DNA of 64,000 bases from Camelus dromedarius (lineage: Eukaryota): assembly GCF_036321535.1 (NCBI RefSeq), contig NC_087447.1, forward strand, positions 42,162,001-42,226,000, in the 5' to 3' direction. Numbering within the stretch: the first letter of the stretch is position 1; every line of letters begins with the position of its first letter. The position numbers and the translations under genes were made by a program. The notes below the pieces were generated by a model. The model was not told where the DNA came from, ran no database searches, and was given only the letters and a program-made list of their open reading frames with translations. This document shows, in pieces, positions 1 to 14,000 of the stretch.

Positions 1-675
1 CATTCTTAGATTACTTTCATATTTAAACTAAAGATACATGATATGGAAAGATGACACTAAATGTACTAAATGTACCGTCAGTTTAGATTTTTTTTAAAAA
101 GGACATTAAATTCAACACTTTAATATGTCAATTTTAAATTATCCAAACCAAGGGAGAAACTGAACCCGGCAGCAAATGCCAATAGGTTATATTTGGCTTC
201 CAAACACATCATAGGTTTTTGCAGCATCTTTACTCATCCATACCCCAGAGGAAACACCCAAGCAGTACCTGGAAAAGTCTAGGATGAAAACTTTGCTTCA
301 TAAGACCTATATAGTAAAGATAATTAACATCCCATTTTACTTCATCATACCCATGCTTTAATAGTCATTGCTAGTACATGTGGAACCAGAATCTAAAAAG
401 AAAAAAATCTCCCTGAGTAAAGACAGGTACAGATTAATACAAAATACAGTCCTTAATTTTAAAAAATAAGCCAAGTTATAAAAATATCAAACCAAGTTTT
501 AGAAGGTGGTAGAGGAGAGGGAGAAGTAGTAAGCACTGTCATCAGTCTCTCATTCTTTCTTTCCCTTCTGATCTAATCTCATGATGCTTCACATCTAAAC
601 TCCTTAATGAACTCCCTATTAGGGGCTGTGGAAATGTGCAAACCAAACAACACAGTAACACAATCAGAATCATAC

Positions 676-816
676 CTTTTCCAAAATGAACTTGTTTAAA
701 TACGGCATGTAGCCCTGATTGGAGACAGGCCCCTCATCATCATCCCTGAAGTGCTCTTCAAGGGCAACAGGGTCATGTGGAACCTTCAGCACCGTGCACA
801 GGTTATGGGAAAGGAC
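676..816 (-). CDS. SWAP70: SWAP70 coding exon 2 (47 codons, [47 protein letters not shown])
   Basis: Manual minus-strand translation continues exon 1 in frame. The acceptor is ...CTCTTTCCCCCTTAG| and the donor is AAG|GTATGA; the exon is 141 nt. It is not in the ORF track. The gene continues beyond the left edge of the window. Confidence 0.97.
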
Positions 817-2747
817 CTAAGGGGGAAAGAGAGTAGTTTAGAGGCATCCACTAACCAGCATGTGGCACCTTCACCATCCGAACACAAGCTCCTTGCCCTG
901 GCAAGAGAAAGACAGAGAATAAACTAGCAAATATGGGGTGAGCACTGCTCAGCTGCCAGCTTCCCACCTGTTACCCACGAGTCTCTCATTCCCTCCCCAA
1001 TTTTGGTTCACTTCAAACAAGTCTCTCTTACATGCCTACAATGAGCCGGACTCCATGTAAGATTTGTGACTATCAGACTCCTTGTAGTCTTCTATTAATT
1101 GGCCCACATTAGAAAGAAAAGGGGAGGAGAAAGAGCAAGAGAATGTGATCAACATTAAACTTCTCCCCAGAGTAGAGCAGAGCCAGTCAATCAGAGCTGT
1201 AAGAGGAAGAACTGGTAAGTACTGTGCAGCTGTAGCCGGGGGTTCTAGACAAGGTAGCTGACCTAGGCCACCACCACCTCTCTGGGCTTCAGTTTTCTCA
1301 TTTGTTCAGTATAAAGGGCCGGGTTAATACACAAACATACCAAATGTTAATTAGTAATCTCTAAATGTCCAAATGTCTCTAAAATTCTATGATGCTAGGC
1401 TAAGCTTTCAGGATAACTATATGAGTATAAATATAAAAAGAGAAAGAAACCAAGGGCCCAGTTTAGAAATATGAAAAAAATCGATAGCAAAAATATCTCA
1501 GGAGTCACCAAAATGGTTGAAAATATTTTGTAGAAAATTTGCACTCTGGTCTTGCAATAATAAATGCATACTCTAACATACAGGTAGTTGAGTTGGCAGC
1601 TTGGACTATTTTAGTACTAATCTTGTTTCATATTAAATGAAAATTTAAAAATAAAACTTAAATCCCTTCCATTTCATTTGTGCATTCTAAACAGGTCAAA
1701 TTACATAGCTAAGACTGTACTTCCTCTAACAAAGAATTGTATTAGATGCTAAATCCCAGGTTAAAATAGTCTCTATTTTTCTCAGAGCCACCCACTTAAT
1801 CACTTAAGGAGTTACATTCAACTCAATGAACACTTTCAATTCCTTAAGCAGGTCACTTTTTTCTGCTTATATATATTTCAGTTAGGATTTTTTAAGATTA
1901 AAAAATTAATCTATAAAAAGAATATTTGCATATCTTCTTTCTATATTTGTTTTGTTTCTCAAAGCTTCATTATGTGGAGATCCTTTTCTACATGCTCTAC
2001 TGGTTTTAAGGAAGTAAGTAAAGGAGAGGAAGTAAATTAACAAATGGTTATAAATGAAGTAATGAAGACTTTTATCAGCTCCACAAAGCAGTCTGTGTTT
2101 CTCAAGCAAACCCTCTATTTGCCAGTAGTAGAGCACATGAAAAGGGCACGGTGGAGCTTTTATTAAAGAATCTTGCACCACAGTCAGCAAAATCCTGAAC
2201 AGATATTTCCTTTCTCTACTAACCTAGTAAAACCTACAGAGTAATTATCTACTCCCAAAGAGGTTTTGTGGGGATCAACTTAAAGAATGCAAAGTGCTTA
2301 AAAACTGTAACACACTACAAAATATAAGTTTTAGAGAAATAAAAAGCATATTCCTCAGATAAGGCTCAAAAGTCATTCCAGTTTTAAAATTACTTGGGGC
2401 TTTACCCAAGTAAAAATTCCCAACCACTGGCTAACTTATGGTACATCCATAAAACGTTAAGAACAATGAGCAACTCACTGTGTAGTGACATAAAAAGATC
2501 TCCAAGATAAATGAAGTGAAAATGTACCTAAGACTGTGTATAGCATGCCATCTTTTATGTAAAGGGAATAGGAAGGAAAAAATAAGAAACTCTAGAAGGA
2601 TATGTAAGAAACTACACAGCAGGGGGGAAAACTAGTTTGATTGCAGACCAGGAGCAAAAGACAACTTTTCACTGTACTTCCCCTTTTTATTAAGTTTTGA
2701 AAAAAAGTTACCTATTAAAAAAAAAGGGCTACCTATTTTAAAAATTA

Positions 2748-2815
2748 AGTGTGTGTGTGTATGTGTGTGTGTGTGTATACACAGTGTGTGTGTGTATTTA
2801 CACACATAAATAAAT
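2748..2815. repeat. Imperfect (TG)n microsatellite
   Basis: Directly visible TG dinucleotide runs. Confidence 0.9.
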
Positions 2816-3611
2816 ATAAACAAATATATAAAGATATATATTTATATATATAAATGGCCAGCTTAAGATCACATAGCTAAATCTATTTATCTTCAAAGTC
2901 TATACTTCTTCTTCTACATTAACCTACTCCCTAGAGATTATAAAAGGAAGACATATTCCACAGCAATATGCCATGATTAACAGACGAGTAAGATGTAAAA
3001 GCAACAAACGAGTTTAAAAAGAATCGTGTGTGCTACAGTAACTTCATAGATTAAGTGAAATGTAACCTGGGCCTTAAAATAAGGACAGCTTTTGGATAGG
3101 AAAAGGGCAATTGGAAGGCTTTCCAGATTGAGGAAAAACATGAGAAAAGTAACTGATTAACACAAAATCCTCAAAGCACAAAAAGGAGACACTAATCTCT
3201 CCCACACGCACCCCTTTCCTCTGCCTTTGGGTTTCATACATCCTCCAATTAAAGTCCTGGGAGCGGCCTTATTGATGCCATATTGTCATCCTTCTCATCT
3301 TATAGATGGTGACTACTGGCTCAAAGAGATTGAATTTCTTGACTAAGTTTACTTAGCAGAACTGAGACTAGAACTCAGGTTTTGTAATACCTGGTCATAC
3401 ACTCTCTAGTAATAAGGAACATTATGTTTCTGGTTTTCTAAAGTCAACAACATCTCTGTGTAGGTGCTTAGTTTGATTCAGCGATCTCACTGAAGATTTA
3501 GATTTGAACTCTAGACTTCAGCCTTGGACAATTAAACAGCACTTTTGTTAAACACAGGGATTACTGAATTCAGTGATAATTTTCTTAACCACCTTTATTT
3601 AGTTAAGCAAA

Positions 3612-3790
3612 CTGTGAGGGAGGCAGTACATTATCACAAAGGACCCTGGAGGAGGAGACAAGACCTGAGTACCAACCCTGTTTACGTGGTCTGTTCCTGT
3701 TCAGTGGTTTGCCATTTACCATTTTTAACTATTAGATATTTTGCTACTTACTCGCTTAGTCCCAGTATCCTCACTGCAAAATGAAGTGTT
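3612..3790 (+). mobile_element. Degenerate MIR SINE containing a short inserted segment
   Basis: MIR-like words (agacctgagt, cagtatcctcactgcaaaatgaag) interrupted at about 3686-3726. Confidence 0.5.
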
Positions 3791-3998
3791 GTGGACTTGT
3801 CTCTAAATATAATACTTTTAAAGGCCAATCCTTAACTGTCAACCCAAACTCATTTCATGAATTCAGCAGAAAGAACTGCAATTTAAATCAGAAATTCAGC
3901 TTTTTTCATTGTTAGCAAGGCTCAGAATTGGGAAGTCTTCCCCAAACAAAATAACAAACTAAATAATACACAAATGAAAAGGTTTTGTAACTAAAAGA

Positions 3999-4055
3999 GA
4001 AAAAAAAAAAAAAAAAAACAAAAACTGTGTGCTTTTAAAACTGCAAAAAAAAAAA

Positions 4056-4089
<34 letters not shown>

Positions 4090-4092
4090 AAA
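3999..4092. repeat. Poly(A) runs and (TA)n microsatellite
   Basis: Directly visible. Confidence 0.9.
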
Positions 4093-6879
4093 ATCAGCAA
4101 TGTTCATAAAAGCCTAGACAGTATCTCAGGTTTTTTTAAGTAAAAAGTAAAACATATAATGAACTCAAAATTCTGAAGGCCAGAATATAAACTAGTAACA
4201 AGTAAAAGCCCCATAAGCTCATACAGCAGTTCATGCTTTTTAGAGTAGACTCACGTCATCCATTAGTCGGTTTTAGTCTTGCCCCTGGGAGAGCAGATAT
4301 TATTGCTATTTTACAGATGAAAAGTCTGAGTTAGAGATGAGGGGACATCCTCAAACCAGAGTTTTATGTGCAGTGAAACTAGGACTAGAACCCAAACCTT
4401 CTACTTTGGTGCCCTTTCCCTGCTGTGCCGCCTTCCCTGTCTTTCTGGAAAAAGAGAGCCCTGCCTATACAAAAGTGACTCTGGCCATGTGTGCATGTTG
4501 CTGCTAAGGTGCAGGGATGGACTGATGTCCCCGCAGCCCCACCCGGTCAGTTCTCCAGCATCCAACAAGATGACTGGAGCTATTCAGCAGAGCCAAGATA
4601 AATCCAGTGTTGAAAAACCATATCGGCCTCGAAATTTGGGATCACTCTCTCCTTGGGAGCCCTCATCTCCCAGCACACGCCTTTGGGGGAAAGTATTCCA
4701 AGAGGCACTAGCCTCGTCTCCAGACAAGGAAGCTGGAAAGTAGATGAAAACAAAAGCAATCAGGAGGAAGGAAGATTACAAGTTCTTGACTTGTAAAAGG
4801 ACTGCCCCCAAATCACTCTAATCAGAGTTTGCAAGTTTCTTGAGAAAGTTGAGTTTATCCGACTTCGAATGCCTGCCCCTCCATAGGCCATTCTTTCAGC
4901 GCCCACATAATTGCTAAGCAACTTTGCTCTCATTCCCCGATTCGAAGAATAAACAATTGTTACTAAAATAAAAGATCCATATCCATGCCAGACCCTCATC
5001 TCTCCAGTTCCTCCAGAGCTGTCTGCTAGTGCCTCTGCATGGCCCTGGCCGACAAGAAATGACTAGCCGCTCGTGTGGTTTGTTCCTGTTCAGTGGTTTG
5101 CCATTTACCCTTTTTTGCATTCTGCTCCAACTAGCATGAAAAGAAGTCAAGGATGATGAACGGCCAGACGGTGTTTTAACACATGTGAGAGCATAATGTT
5201 CACCCTCCTCCCTCCCAAAGATGTAGAGATTACAAAGGTTCTCTGAAATGAGCCCCCCAGTCACACAGTTTCCCTTTACAGGATGTGCGTAATGGGCAAA
5301 ATTCAACACTAAGAAAAAGGGGGGGGGGGGCAGGGATCTCTATTTCAACAAACTTATCTGAACCAACACAATTATAGAACTGTAATTCATAATGGGCACT
5401 CTTTTTTTTAAATGTGAAAATTCCTGTCTGATTTATAAAATTGCAAGCGAATGGTGAATTACCAGAAAACTCTTCCTAACAATGAGCCAGAATGACCAAT
5501 TTCCTACTAGTGCTATGCCCTGCCTCAAGATATTGTCTTAATGGAAGTCCCACCCCTTAACACATGGACTCATTTTCCCCTTACCCGACAACATCCTTTT
5601 GTCCTGCTTGTCAATGCCTAAGGCTGGCTTGCTTTCTCTTAAATTATCTTTATTATACTCAGCCTCAGAAGTCTCAGAGTCATCTTTGACTTAGTCCTAG
5701 AATGCAATCAATCACCATCCTAGACATTTTTACCAAATTAATCTTCAAGGGCTACTTACCTCACGTTATCACCTTTTCTGAAAGTCATCAAGTCTACAGA
5801 AGTAAAAACCAAGGAGGCATCTGAGCTCCATATTTAAGTCGCTTGTCAAGCCAGCCCCACTTTACCTTCCTATCCTTATTTTTTCCTAACCTTCTGCACC
5901 AACTGTACAAATCTAGCCAAACAAGTGTACTCACTGCACTCCAAACAAGCCCTGTGCCACCCACCTGCCTCCTCCAGGCCTCTGCTCCAACCACACCTGC
6001 ACCTCCATTTCTACTGAACGTAAATGCCATCCCTTTCTGACACCTCCACCACCCAAAAGCAAGATGGCCTTTCCCACTCTGCCTTTCCCAAGCACTCTGT
6101 ATTTCTTATTTTACACGACCAAACGTGATTTTTTTCTCTCCCACAGGACTGTACATTTCTGAAGGAAAGGCCCATATCTTACCTACCTCTGCATTCCCAC
6201 AGCACCTGGCATGCTACTCAGAATGCAGAAGGCTTTCAATAAATGCTGAACAAATTCTTTCTAAAAATTCTCTTTTCACAGTAAAACCATAATACTTTAA
6301 TAATGACAACAATCTTAGGAAACACCCTACCTCTATCTCCTTACTTTATATATATAAAAAGACTGGGGCCTAAGACTTACCTAAGTCACACACTGATTAG
6401 TAAAAAAATCAGAAACAAGAACCCAAGTCTCCTAAGTGCCTCTCCCACAACGATGCCATGTGCTGGAAACATTCCCTCTGCCCAGTCACATCCTTCAAGA
6501 CTGGGTCACTCTTCATAAACGCTAGGAAACCTTCACTGCCCCTCTGTCCCCTGAACCCCTACTCAGCACTTAAGTACTTTCTGTTCCATATGCTAGTAAT
6601 ACCTCAGATACGTAACTGCAGCTCAGAGAGGGAGGAAACCCTGCCTAACATTTTTCTTGTCCTTCACAGTGACCAGCACAGGCTAAGGGAGGGCTCAGCA
6701 GGAGCATAACACTTACGGACACATTCAGGTAGGACATCTAGCTTGAAACCACCTGTTGTGATGTTGTCCACAGATGCCACTAAACTACAGTTACATGCCC
6801 TGGATTACATTCTAAATAAACCAACTTTAATAAGTTATTTCGAATAATTCACTAATTTAGCCCTCTTCAGGAATCAAAC

Positions 6880-7740
6880 AGAATACACTGGTAAATTTGA
6901 CCACATAAAAATTACTAAATTTCCCTTTAAAAAGAGACATCATAACGAAACAAAATAGGCTAAAGCTCCAATATTCAAATTACTCTTAGAAATTAAGCAA
7001 AAGATGAACACCCAATTTAAAAATGGACAACAGAGATGAATAGGAAATTGACAAACTAATGACTAATAAATATAGGAGAAGCTGCCTAATCTCACTAGTA
7101 ATCAACACAGTGCACACTAAAAGAGCTATTACTTTTTGCCTGAGAAAGAATACTTGGTGTTAGAGCAGACATGGAATAAAGACTGCCAATTCCCAACACT
7201 GCAGAGGGTACAGAGCAGATTTTTCTCCATCACTAGTGACATTTTGGGCCAGGTAACTCTTTGTTTGGGGAGCAGAGAGAGGTGAGCTATGCATTATATT
7301 TAGCAGCATCCCTGGCTGAAAACATCAGAACATCTCAAATACCTGTGAATAGGAAAATGGTTAAATAAAGCATGATTCACCAACACAGTGAAATAGCTCA
7401 TAGCCATCAGAAAGGATGGTGTCTGCATGTATGTGTACTGATACGGAAACATGACCTTAACACACTTTAATAGGTTACAAAGGCATATGAAATAGGATTC
7501 CATTTATATAAAAGGATATATATGTATCCTTTATGCACACATATGCACATGGGTGTATGCATGTGTATGCACGTAGGGAGCAAGGGAGACAGGGAGAGAG
7601 AGAGAAAGATGTTAGAAAGATAATCATTGCAAAGTTAAGTGCATCTGCCTTTGGTGGTAGAATTTCGAGTGCGTTTACTTTTGCCTCTATACTTTAAAGT
7701 ACTGTTTGAATATTCTATGTACTGTCTTCATAATCAGAAA
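6880..7740 (+). mobile_element. Ancient L1 (L1M/L1ME-like) 3' fragments with a MER20-like fragment at about 7217-7316
   Basis: L1 3' words (cccaatttaaaaatggac, ctcactagtaatcaa, aatagga...aatggttaaataaa) and MER20-like gacattttgggccaggtaactctttgt...tttagcagcatccctggc. Confidence 0.55.
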
Positions 7741-8722
7741 ATGCAAAGCTTTTATATTTACAGAAAATTTAAAAATTAAGTACGTCTGGAGGTTCCAGCT
7801 TGAGAGCACCAATGACATTATAAAACATGAAGAGATCATTATAGGACTATAAGGTTGATGAAACTCATTTGAGTCATCCACAAAGAACTATGCTTTACCA
7901 TGCCTCTTGAAGAAGCCACACTATGTGCAACAAAGTCTCTTGATCTGAGACAGCCTCCTTAGATTCCAGCTCCCACTGGACAACAGCATAAACAAATGTC
8001 TTTAAGACATGAATCACTTATAAGAGATTTAATTCCAGTAAGCTGTATCTACTTCTCCCACTACTCTGTCAGTTCCTTAAAGACAGGGTCTGTATTCTAT
8101 CCATCTTGTAATAACAAAACCTAATAAAGTGTCAAGGAGAGAGTGCCTGATGTCAACAAATGTTTACTAAATGAGTTCCAATTAAGAACTTTCTTTCTTT
8201 TTTGTGTTTTTTGTTGTTTTTTGTTTGTTTGTTTAGTTTCATTTAGTTTGCTTCTCCATCATCTTTATCTAGATGTGGATCTTCTAATACATTTCACTAT
8301 ACTACCAGTATATTCTTTCCAGAAAGAATTTTTGTTTAATTGGAATCTCTAACTCGGAGCATTTTTAAAGAAAAGAAACAATGCCTCCATTAGTTACTAA
8401 CACCACCAGAACTAGCAGGCATAACTCACCTGACCTGAGATCCAGTAAAGCAGTCCAGTTCCTCAAAATTCCAGCAAAGATTTTTGAGGAAAGGACTCCA
8501 TAGGAATCAACAAGTGTATGAGAGAGAAAAGAGAGAAATAAGGTACTTGAATTTAGTACACCCTTCAAGAGGAGACCTGAAGCCACAGTGTACACCCAAG
8601 TGATGACAAAGATCACAAATCTGCTGCCCCATCTTCGGACCACTCTGTCCCCTTCTGGTCACTATAACATGGCTACTTTCTATTCCTATCAATCTCATGA
8701 AATTACCTTTTCAAAAAAATTC

Positions 8723-9065
8723 TGTGGCAGACACAGAGCTGTACCACTCAAGAAAGGAACTGCTGCCCAGCTACAAGGAGTGTGGTTAGCTGAGCGCCTC
8801 CAGCTATTAGCAACTTCAGAGTCCACCTCAGTCAATGACTGAGCAAGGTGGTGGGACCCTTTCTCCCCAAAGTGGGTGTCCTCTCACAGGCCATCTTTGC
8901 TCCAGAGCTCCCAGTTTTGTCAAGTTCACATCATGGCTCGACTGCTCCTTTTCCCAATCCTGCTGCCTCTCCCTTTTCTTCCCCCATAAGTGTTTTGCCC
9001 CAAGAACCCTCCTGCACTCCCAGCTCTGTCTCAGCATCTGCTTCCTGGAGAACCCAATCTGGGAC
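8723..9065 (+). mobile_element. ERVL LTR (LTR16A-like)
   Basis: TG...CA ends; the 3' end ctctgtctcagcatctgcttcctggagaacccaatctgggaca is typical of LTR16. Confidence 0.65.
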
Positions 9066-10734
9066 AGATACCTCCTAAACAAGTCACTCTGCCAAGTCTC
9101 TGGCCCTTCACAGTCTAGATCATCCCCTCCTAAGATGTTTTTGGTCCTGTGGCATACTATTTTCTAAATTCTACAAAGAATTTGTAGATGGGATCACCTC
9201 CCTTACCCTTCATTCTCTCAATCTGGACATTTTCCAAAACCCGATTTTTAGCCCTGAGTTCTTTCCCCTTTTTCTCTCCTTAAAAAATGCTTTAATTCTG
9301 ACAACATTAAGTCACTTCTTCTCTAATGACTCTCAGATCGCTTTCTGGTCTCGATCTCTCAACTGAGCTCTCGTTTATGTCACTAACTAAGATTAAAGAT
9401 TTCTATGCTCAATGTGCCTCACATTCAAAAATATCCAAAGGAGAATTCATCACCTTTCCCCTCAAAACAGGTTTTCTACTCTGACTGTGGTACCACCATT
9501 CCCTTAACAACAAAATTACAGACTTTCCTCTTCTTGTACTTTTTTAAACTTATAGTTTGTCCTATTTCTAGATCTAAGTCAGTCCCACCAATGCCAATTC
9601 CTCTCTCCACTGAGTGAGCATCTGCCGGCTTACGTATAAACAGAGAATGTGGGGGCTGACAACCAGGACTCCCTACCCTCAGCAGCAGGTCCCACTCTCC
9701 CTTCTGAGACCCTAACAAAGAGCTGCTGTATACTGAGTGGTTATTATACTCACCAGGATACGACCATTGTAAACACATTAGGCTAAAAAAAGTTAAATTA
9801 GAAAGCTAAGCCTCGAAGATCTCATCTGCTACTCTACATTTTGCAAATGAGGAAAATGAATCCAGCAAGGAGAAGGAACTTCCCAGACCACACAAATCAC
9901 AGAGCACAAACAAGTCTCCTGACCTCCTAACCAGTGCTCTCTCTCCCGACACTTCCTCTTGTTCCTCCCAGGGATTTAGCCTCCAAATCTTTTATCACAG
10001 ATGTTCTTATAAAGGAGTTTCACACATTCCTTAAGATCAGTGACAAATGTCTATTCTTCTAGAAGCATTCTCTGACCTGACTCCTCCAGTCCTCACCACA
10101 GGCTAGGTAGGTTCCCTTCTTCTGTGTTCTCCGGGGCCATGTACCTTCTTTTTCTCAATGAATTTGAATTTTCAATTTGCTCCATGAAGGTAGGGAGCAT
10201 ATCAGGTTTGATTCCCACTGCCACCATCCCAGTCCAGCACTCAGTGATTTTCATAGCAGCCCCACCGACTGGTCTCCCCATCTCCAGCTTCTCACCTCTG
10301 ACTGTCACACCCACATCATCAGAATAATCTTAAAACTCTACTTTTGTCATAATATCTACCCAAAAAGTTTTAATAACTTCCCCTCTTTACAGGATCTGTT
10401 CTAAAGTACTCGTCCTAACATAGTCAATTAAAAAATGTATTTGTTCTATTCTATTCTGTGCAAGAACAAAACCATCTAAAATGTAACCCCATCTCCCTTG
10501 AAAACTTAATTTTCCAATATGCCTCAAAACAAAAATTCTTTTCCACCCAGAGTAAGTTTTGGCTCTTGCTCTTGTCTACAGTTGTCACCACCTTACCTGT
10601 CATCTTCCGTGACTCTGCTGCACAAGATCTGCCTCATTCCCTCCAGAAGTAGCTGATGTTCCAATCTCCACCAAGAAACTTTTCTGATCTACAACTGTCT
10701 GCATCTTTTTCTCTATTTCCTTTAAACTTCTACA

Positions 10735-11040
10735 GCAGCTTCATCCAATAAAAATTTAATGCTAACTACATATAGAATTAAGTTTTTAATACCCACATTT
10801 TTAAAAAGTAAAGGGAAATGAGCAAAATTAATTTTACTAATATATCCAAAATACTTAACTTCAACATGTAATCAATATTTTTAAATTATTTTAAAGAGAT
10901 CTCTTACATTCTTTTCTTGTACTAAGTCTCTGAAATCTAGTGTATATTTTATACTTACAGCACATCTCAATTTGGACTAGCCACTTTTCAATGCTCAATA
11001 GCCAAATGTGGCTGAAGGCTAATGTACTCAACAGCATGGC
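10735..11040. mobile_element. MER33-like hAT-Charlie MITE
   Basis: Characteristic tactaagtctctgaaatctagtgtatattttatacttacagcacatctcaatttggactagccac...tgctcaatagcca..tgtggct. Confidence 0.75.
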
Positions 11041-14000
11041 CTATGGCACTCATTTCCCATACTTTCTAGAACTTTCTTACATGTTATCTTGTTGTAGTCA
11101 TTTCATGTATTATCTTCTTTACTAAGGTAAGGGACAATGTTGTATATTTTTCACTTCCCCAGCGTCCCTAACAAAGGGTACAGATTAAAACCTTCAAATT
11201 TATATACTGTTTTGTAGATCAATTTTTTTCAACATCAGTGTTTGGTAAGAAATAGGTAGCTAGTAAATGTTCTACAGTCACACATAAAGGTTGTGACCTG
11301 CATCTATTCAAACATGTATGTTGTTAAAATGTCTTATTCCCATTTAACAGATAATCTTAAAATACAAGAAGCAAAGCAAATTCCTTAAAGTCACCCAGGT
11401 GAAGAACTTCAGAATTCCAACCTTGTTCGATCAACTAACAATCTAGTGTCCCATTACCAAACAACATTTTCTCAAATCACCACTGAAGAAGAGTTGAGAG
11501 TGGAGTCAGCTGCCCACCAGCTCATGCTCTCAACTCCAGTGTAACAGCACCTGGCTGAGACATCCAACATCCTGTGAACTAAAAGGACTGATGGGGATGT
11601 GCTGTCTGGTAAGGCAGATAGTGCTTCATCCTCCCAGAGCTGCCTATCCAGTGAAATATTATACCTTCAACACTGCCCATCTGACCAGGACAACCTTCAT
11701 CCTAATTGCTGTCACTTCGGGTTGGTATTCCATGCCCACATATTACACTCTCCTGGAGGTTGTAAAGCTAATTATTCCTGAAGAAGCAAAAGGTAGAGAA
11801 GGCACACAGGAGTCTGAAGATGAAAAAATTAGTTTTTCCAATATTTCAGAAATCTCTTCCAAATTGTCAGATCTCCTTATATGAAATTCAATCATATGCA
11901 GATTTACTCCTAAATACTTTTTCACAATTAAACAATTAATTGATTGCTGAGAACTGCAGGTTCAAGTAGACACAGATTGAGGGGGAAAAAAAAAGAAGGA
12001 ATCCAAAGGTAGAATGAGAAAAAGCAAATAACACAGAAAGCAGAGCAGAAAAACAGATTTATGAAATGAAGCCTTGGAGAACGTAAAAGGAAGCTGAGGC
12101 AAAGGCCTACCTGAGACTTATGTTGCAGGAAGGGACCAGGGACACATGTAAGAGGGACTGAGGAAGCAAGTCAGAGTACCTACAGTTCCAAAGTGTTAAT
12201 AATCACTGAGGGGATTATAATAACCCTCCTGTTGCGGGGGATGGGAAATACCAACTCTCTGAGGGCAAAATGAGTAAGTGAGCAAAGGTCACTCAAAGCC
12301 TCTTCTGTCTCTAGCTTCCAGCTACTATGTACCTCTGGGACTGCAGTAAGACCCCAAAGGAAATATAAAACGGGGACCAGGAAGGTAAAGAGCCTCTGAG
12401 TCATAAGATTAGAAATGCACTGGCTATTAAGATGTTAGGCCCCACACACCAAAGTGCCTCACAGATTGCATATTATCTTCAATAAAGCAAAAGTTAACAT
12501 GTATTTCAAAAAAAAACCAAAACCTTCCAAGCTACCTCACTGAAAATTTTCTAGCAAGTAAGAAATGGGAAAAGAAATGATCCGGAATCCATTATTATCA
12601 TTTTAGGATTTTTAAATGTCTCTTATATGCTCTTTATTTGGAGAGTTGTCTTTACTGTTGTATTCTGCTGAAATATAAAAAATATTTACAAAGACTTTCA
12701 CAGGCTCACTCATGAGTCATGCTTTTTTAATTAGACTTTTAGAACAGAAATAACTTTAACCACAAGGGCTAACAGAAACATAACACCAAAGATTAGGGAG
12801 GGAATACTATACATGCCAAGTTCACAAGAATTAACCAAATCTTTTACATTGTGTTTCAAACAATAAAAGCCTTTTACTGCAACTTACTTCCTTCATATTT
12901 TCAACAGACCACTGATCTGGCTCAATTACTTTTGTAACTAGCAAGGTTAAAAATTTTTGAGGCTAAATGCCTACATGAAAACAGAACACACGACATTATT
13001 CACAAGATATGCAAACCAACTGCAAGTGCAAAAAGTAAAAAACATTTAGTTGAAAATCTATCATTGAGAAATGAATAAAGATTCAAACCACTCATGTTGT
13101 TCCTCAAAATGTTTTATTTAGATCCTCACTAGTTGTAAGCTCTTTACTTCAAAAGGGCACAATTTAAAACAAAACAAAATAAAACCTGTGTTTCTAAAAA
13201 CAACAGGATAAAAGTGAAGCCAATAAGTTTATTTCAAGACATTTCCAGCACTGACGTGTAATTCAAACTGCAACCATAATTGTAAAGTTATAACAGAGGT
13301 TCCAAAAATATCAGTAGATTTTGCTATATTTAAGAAGACAATACTTAATATAATAACAAGAGCATTAACTTTAAGGTGCATTTTTATTTTTTATAAAATG
13401 AGGAACAATGGTTACCTCCAGGGCAGGTAACTAGTGTGGGCCAGGGCTTGGAGGAAACTTACTTTTCACTTGTGTAAATGCCCTTTTGAATTTTATGAAT
13501 TTTATACCATGTGTATATATGAACTATTTTAAAAGTTTCTTTTTGATGTACATTTGTTTAAATGACAGGCTTCATCGTTTCACCTTCTTGGAATTGCATG
13601 TATTTCTGGAGATTTCGTATCTTTCTGCAAGACCACTGAAATTCCAAATAATATGAAAATAATTTTTAAGTATCAGTAGAGAAGAAAACAATTTTTGCCT
13701 CTCCTTCAAATAATATGCCCAATACCTATTTCCCTTAAGACTTTCGCAAATTTACACCACAATACTTGTTTCAGATGGCATATTAATAAAGTTTCCTAAA
13801 ATATAGAATCCACACAAATGTCCCTCATTAAAAATTAAAGACAAAATTTTTTCACTGAAGAAAAAATTGGTAAAAAAATTTCTAACATTAAGCTCAATGA
13901 TATTCACTCAGCCACCTATATGGCATGTACATAGCACCTTCCTATAGATATAATGAAAAGTTTCCATCAAAATCTCAGTAGCTTTTTATCGCCCATCAGT

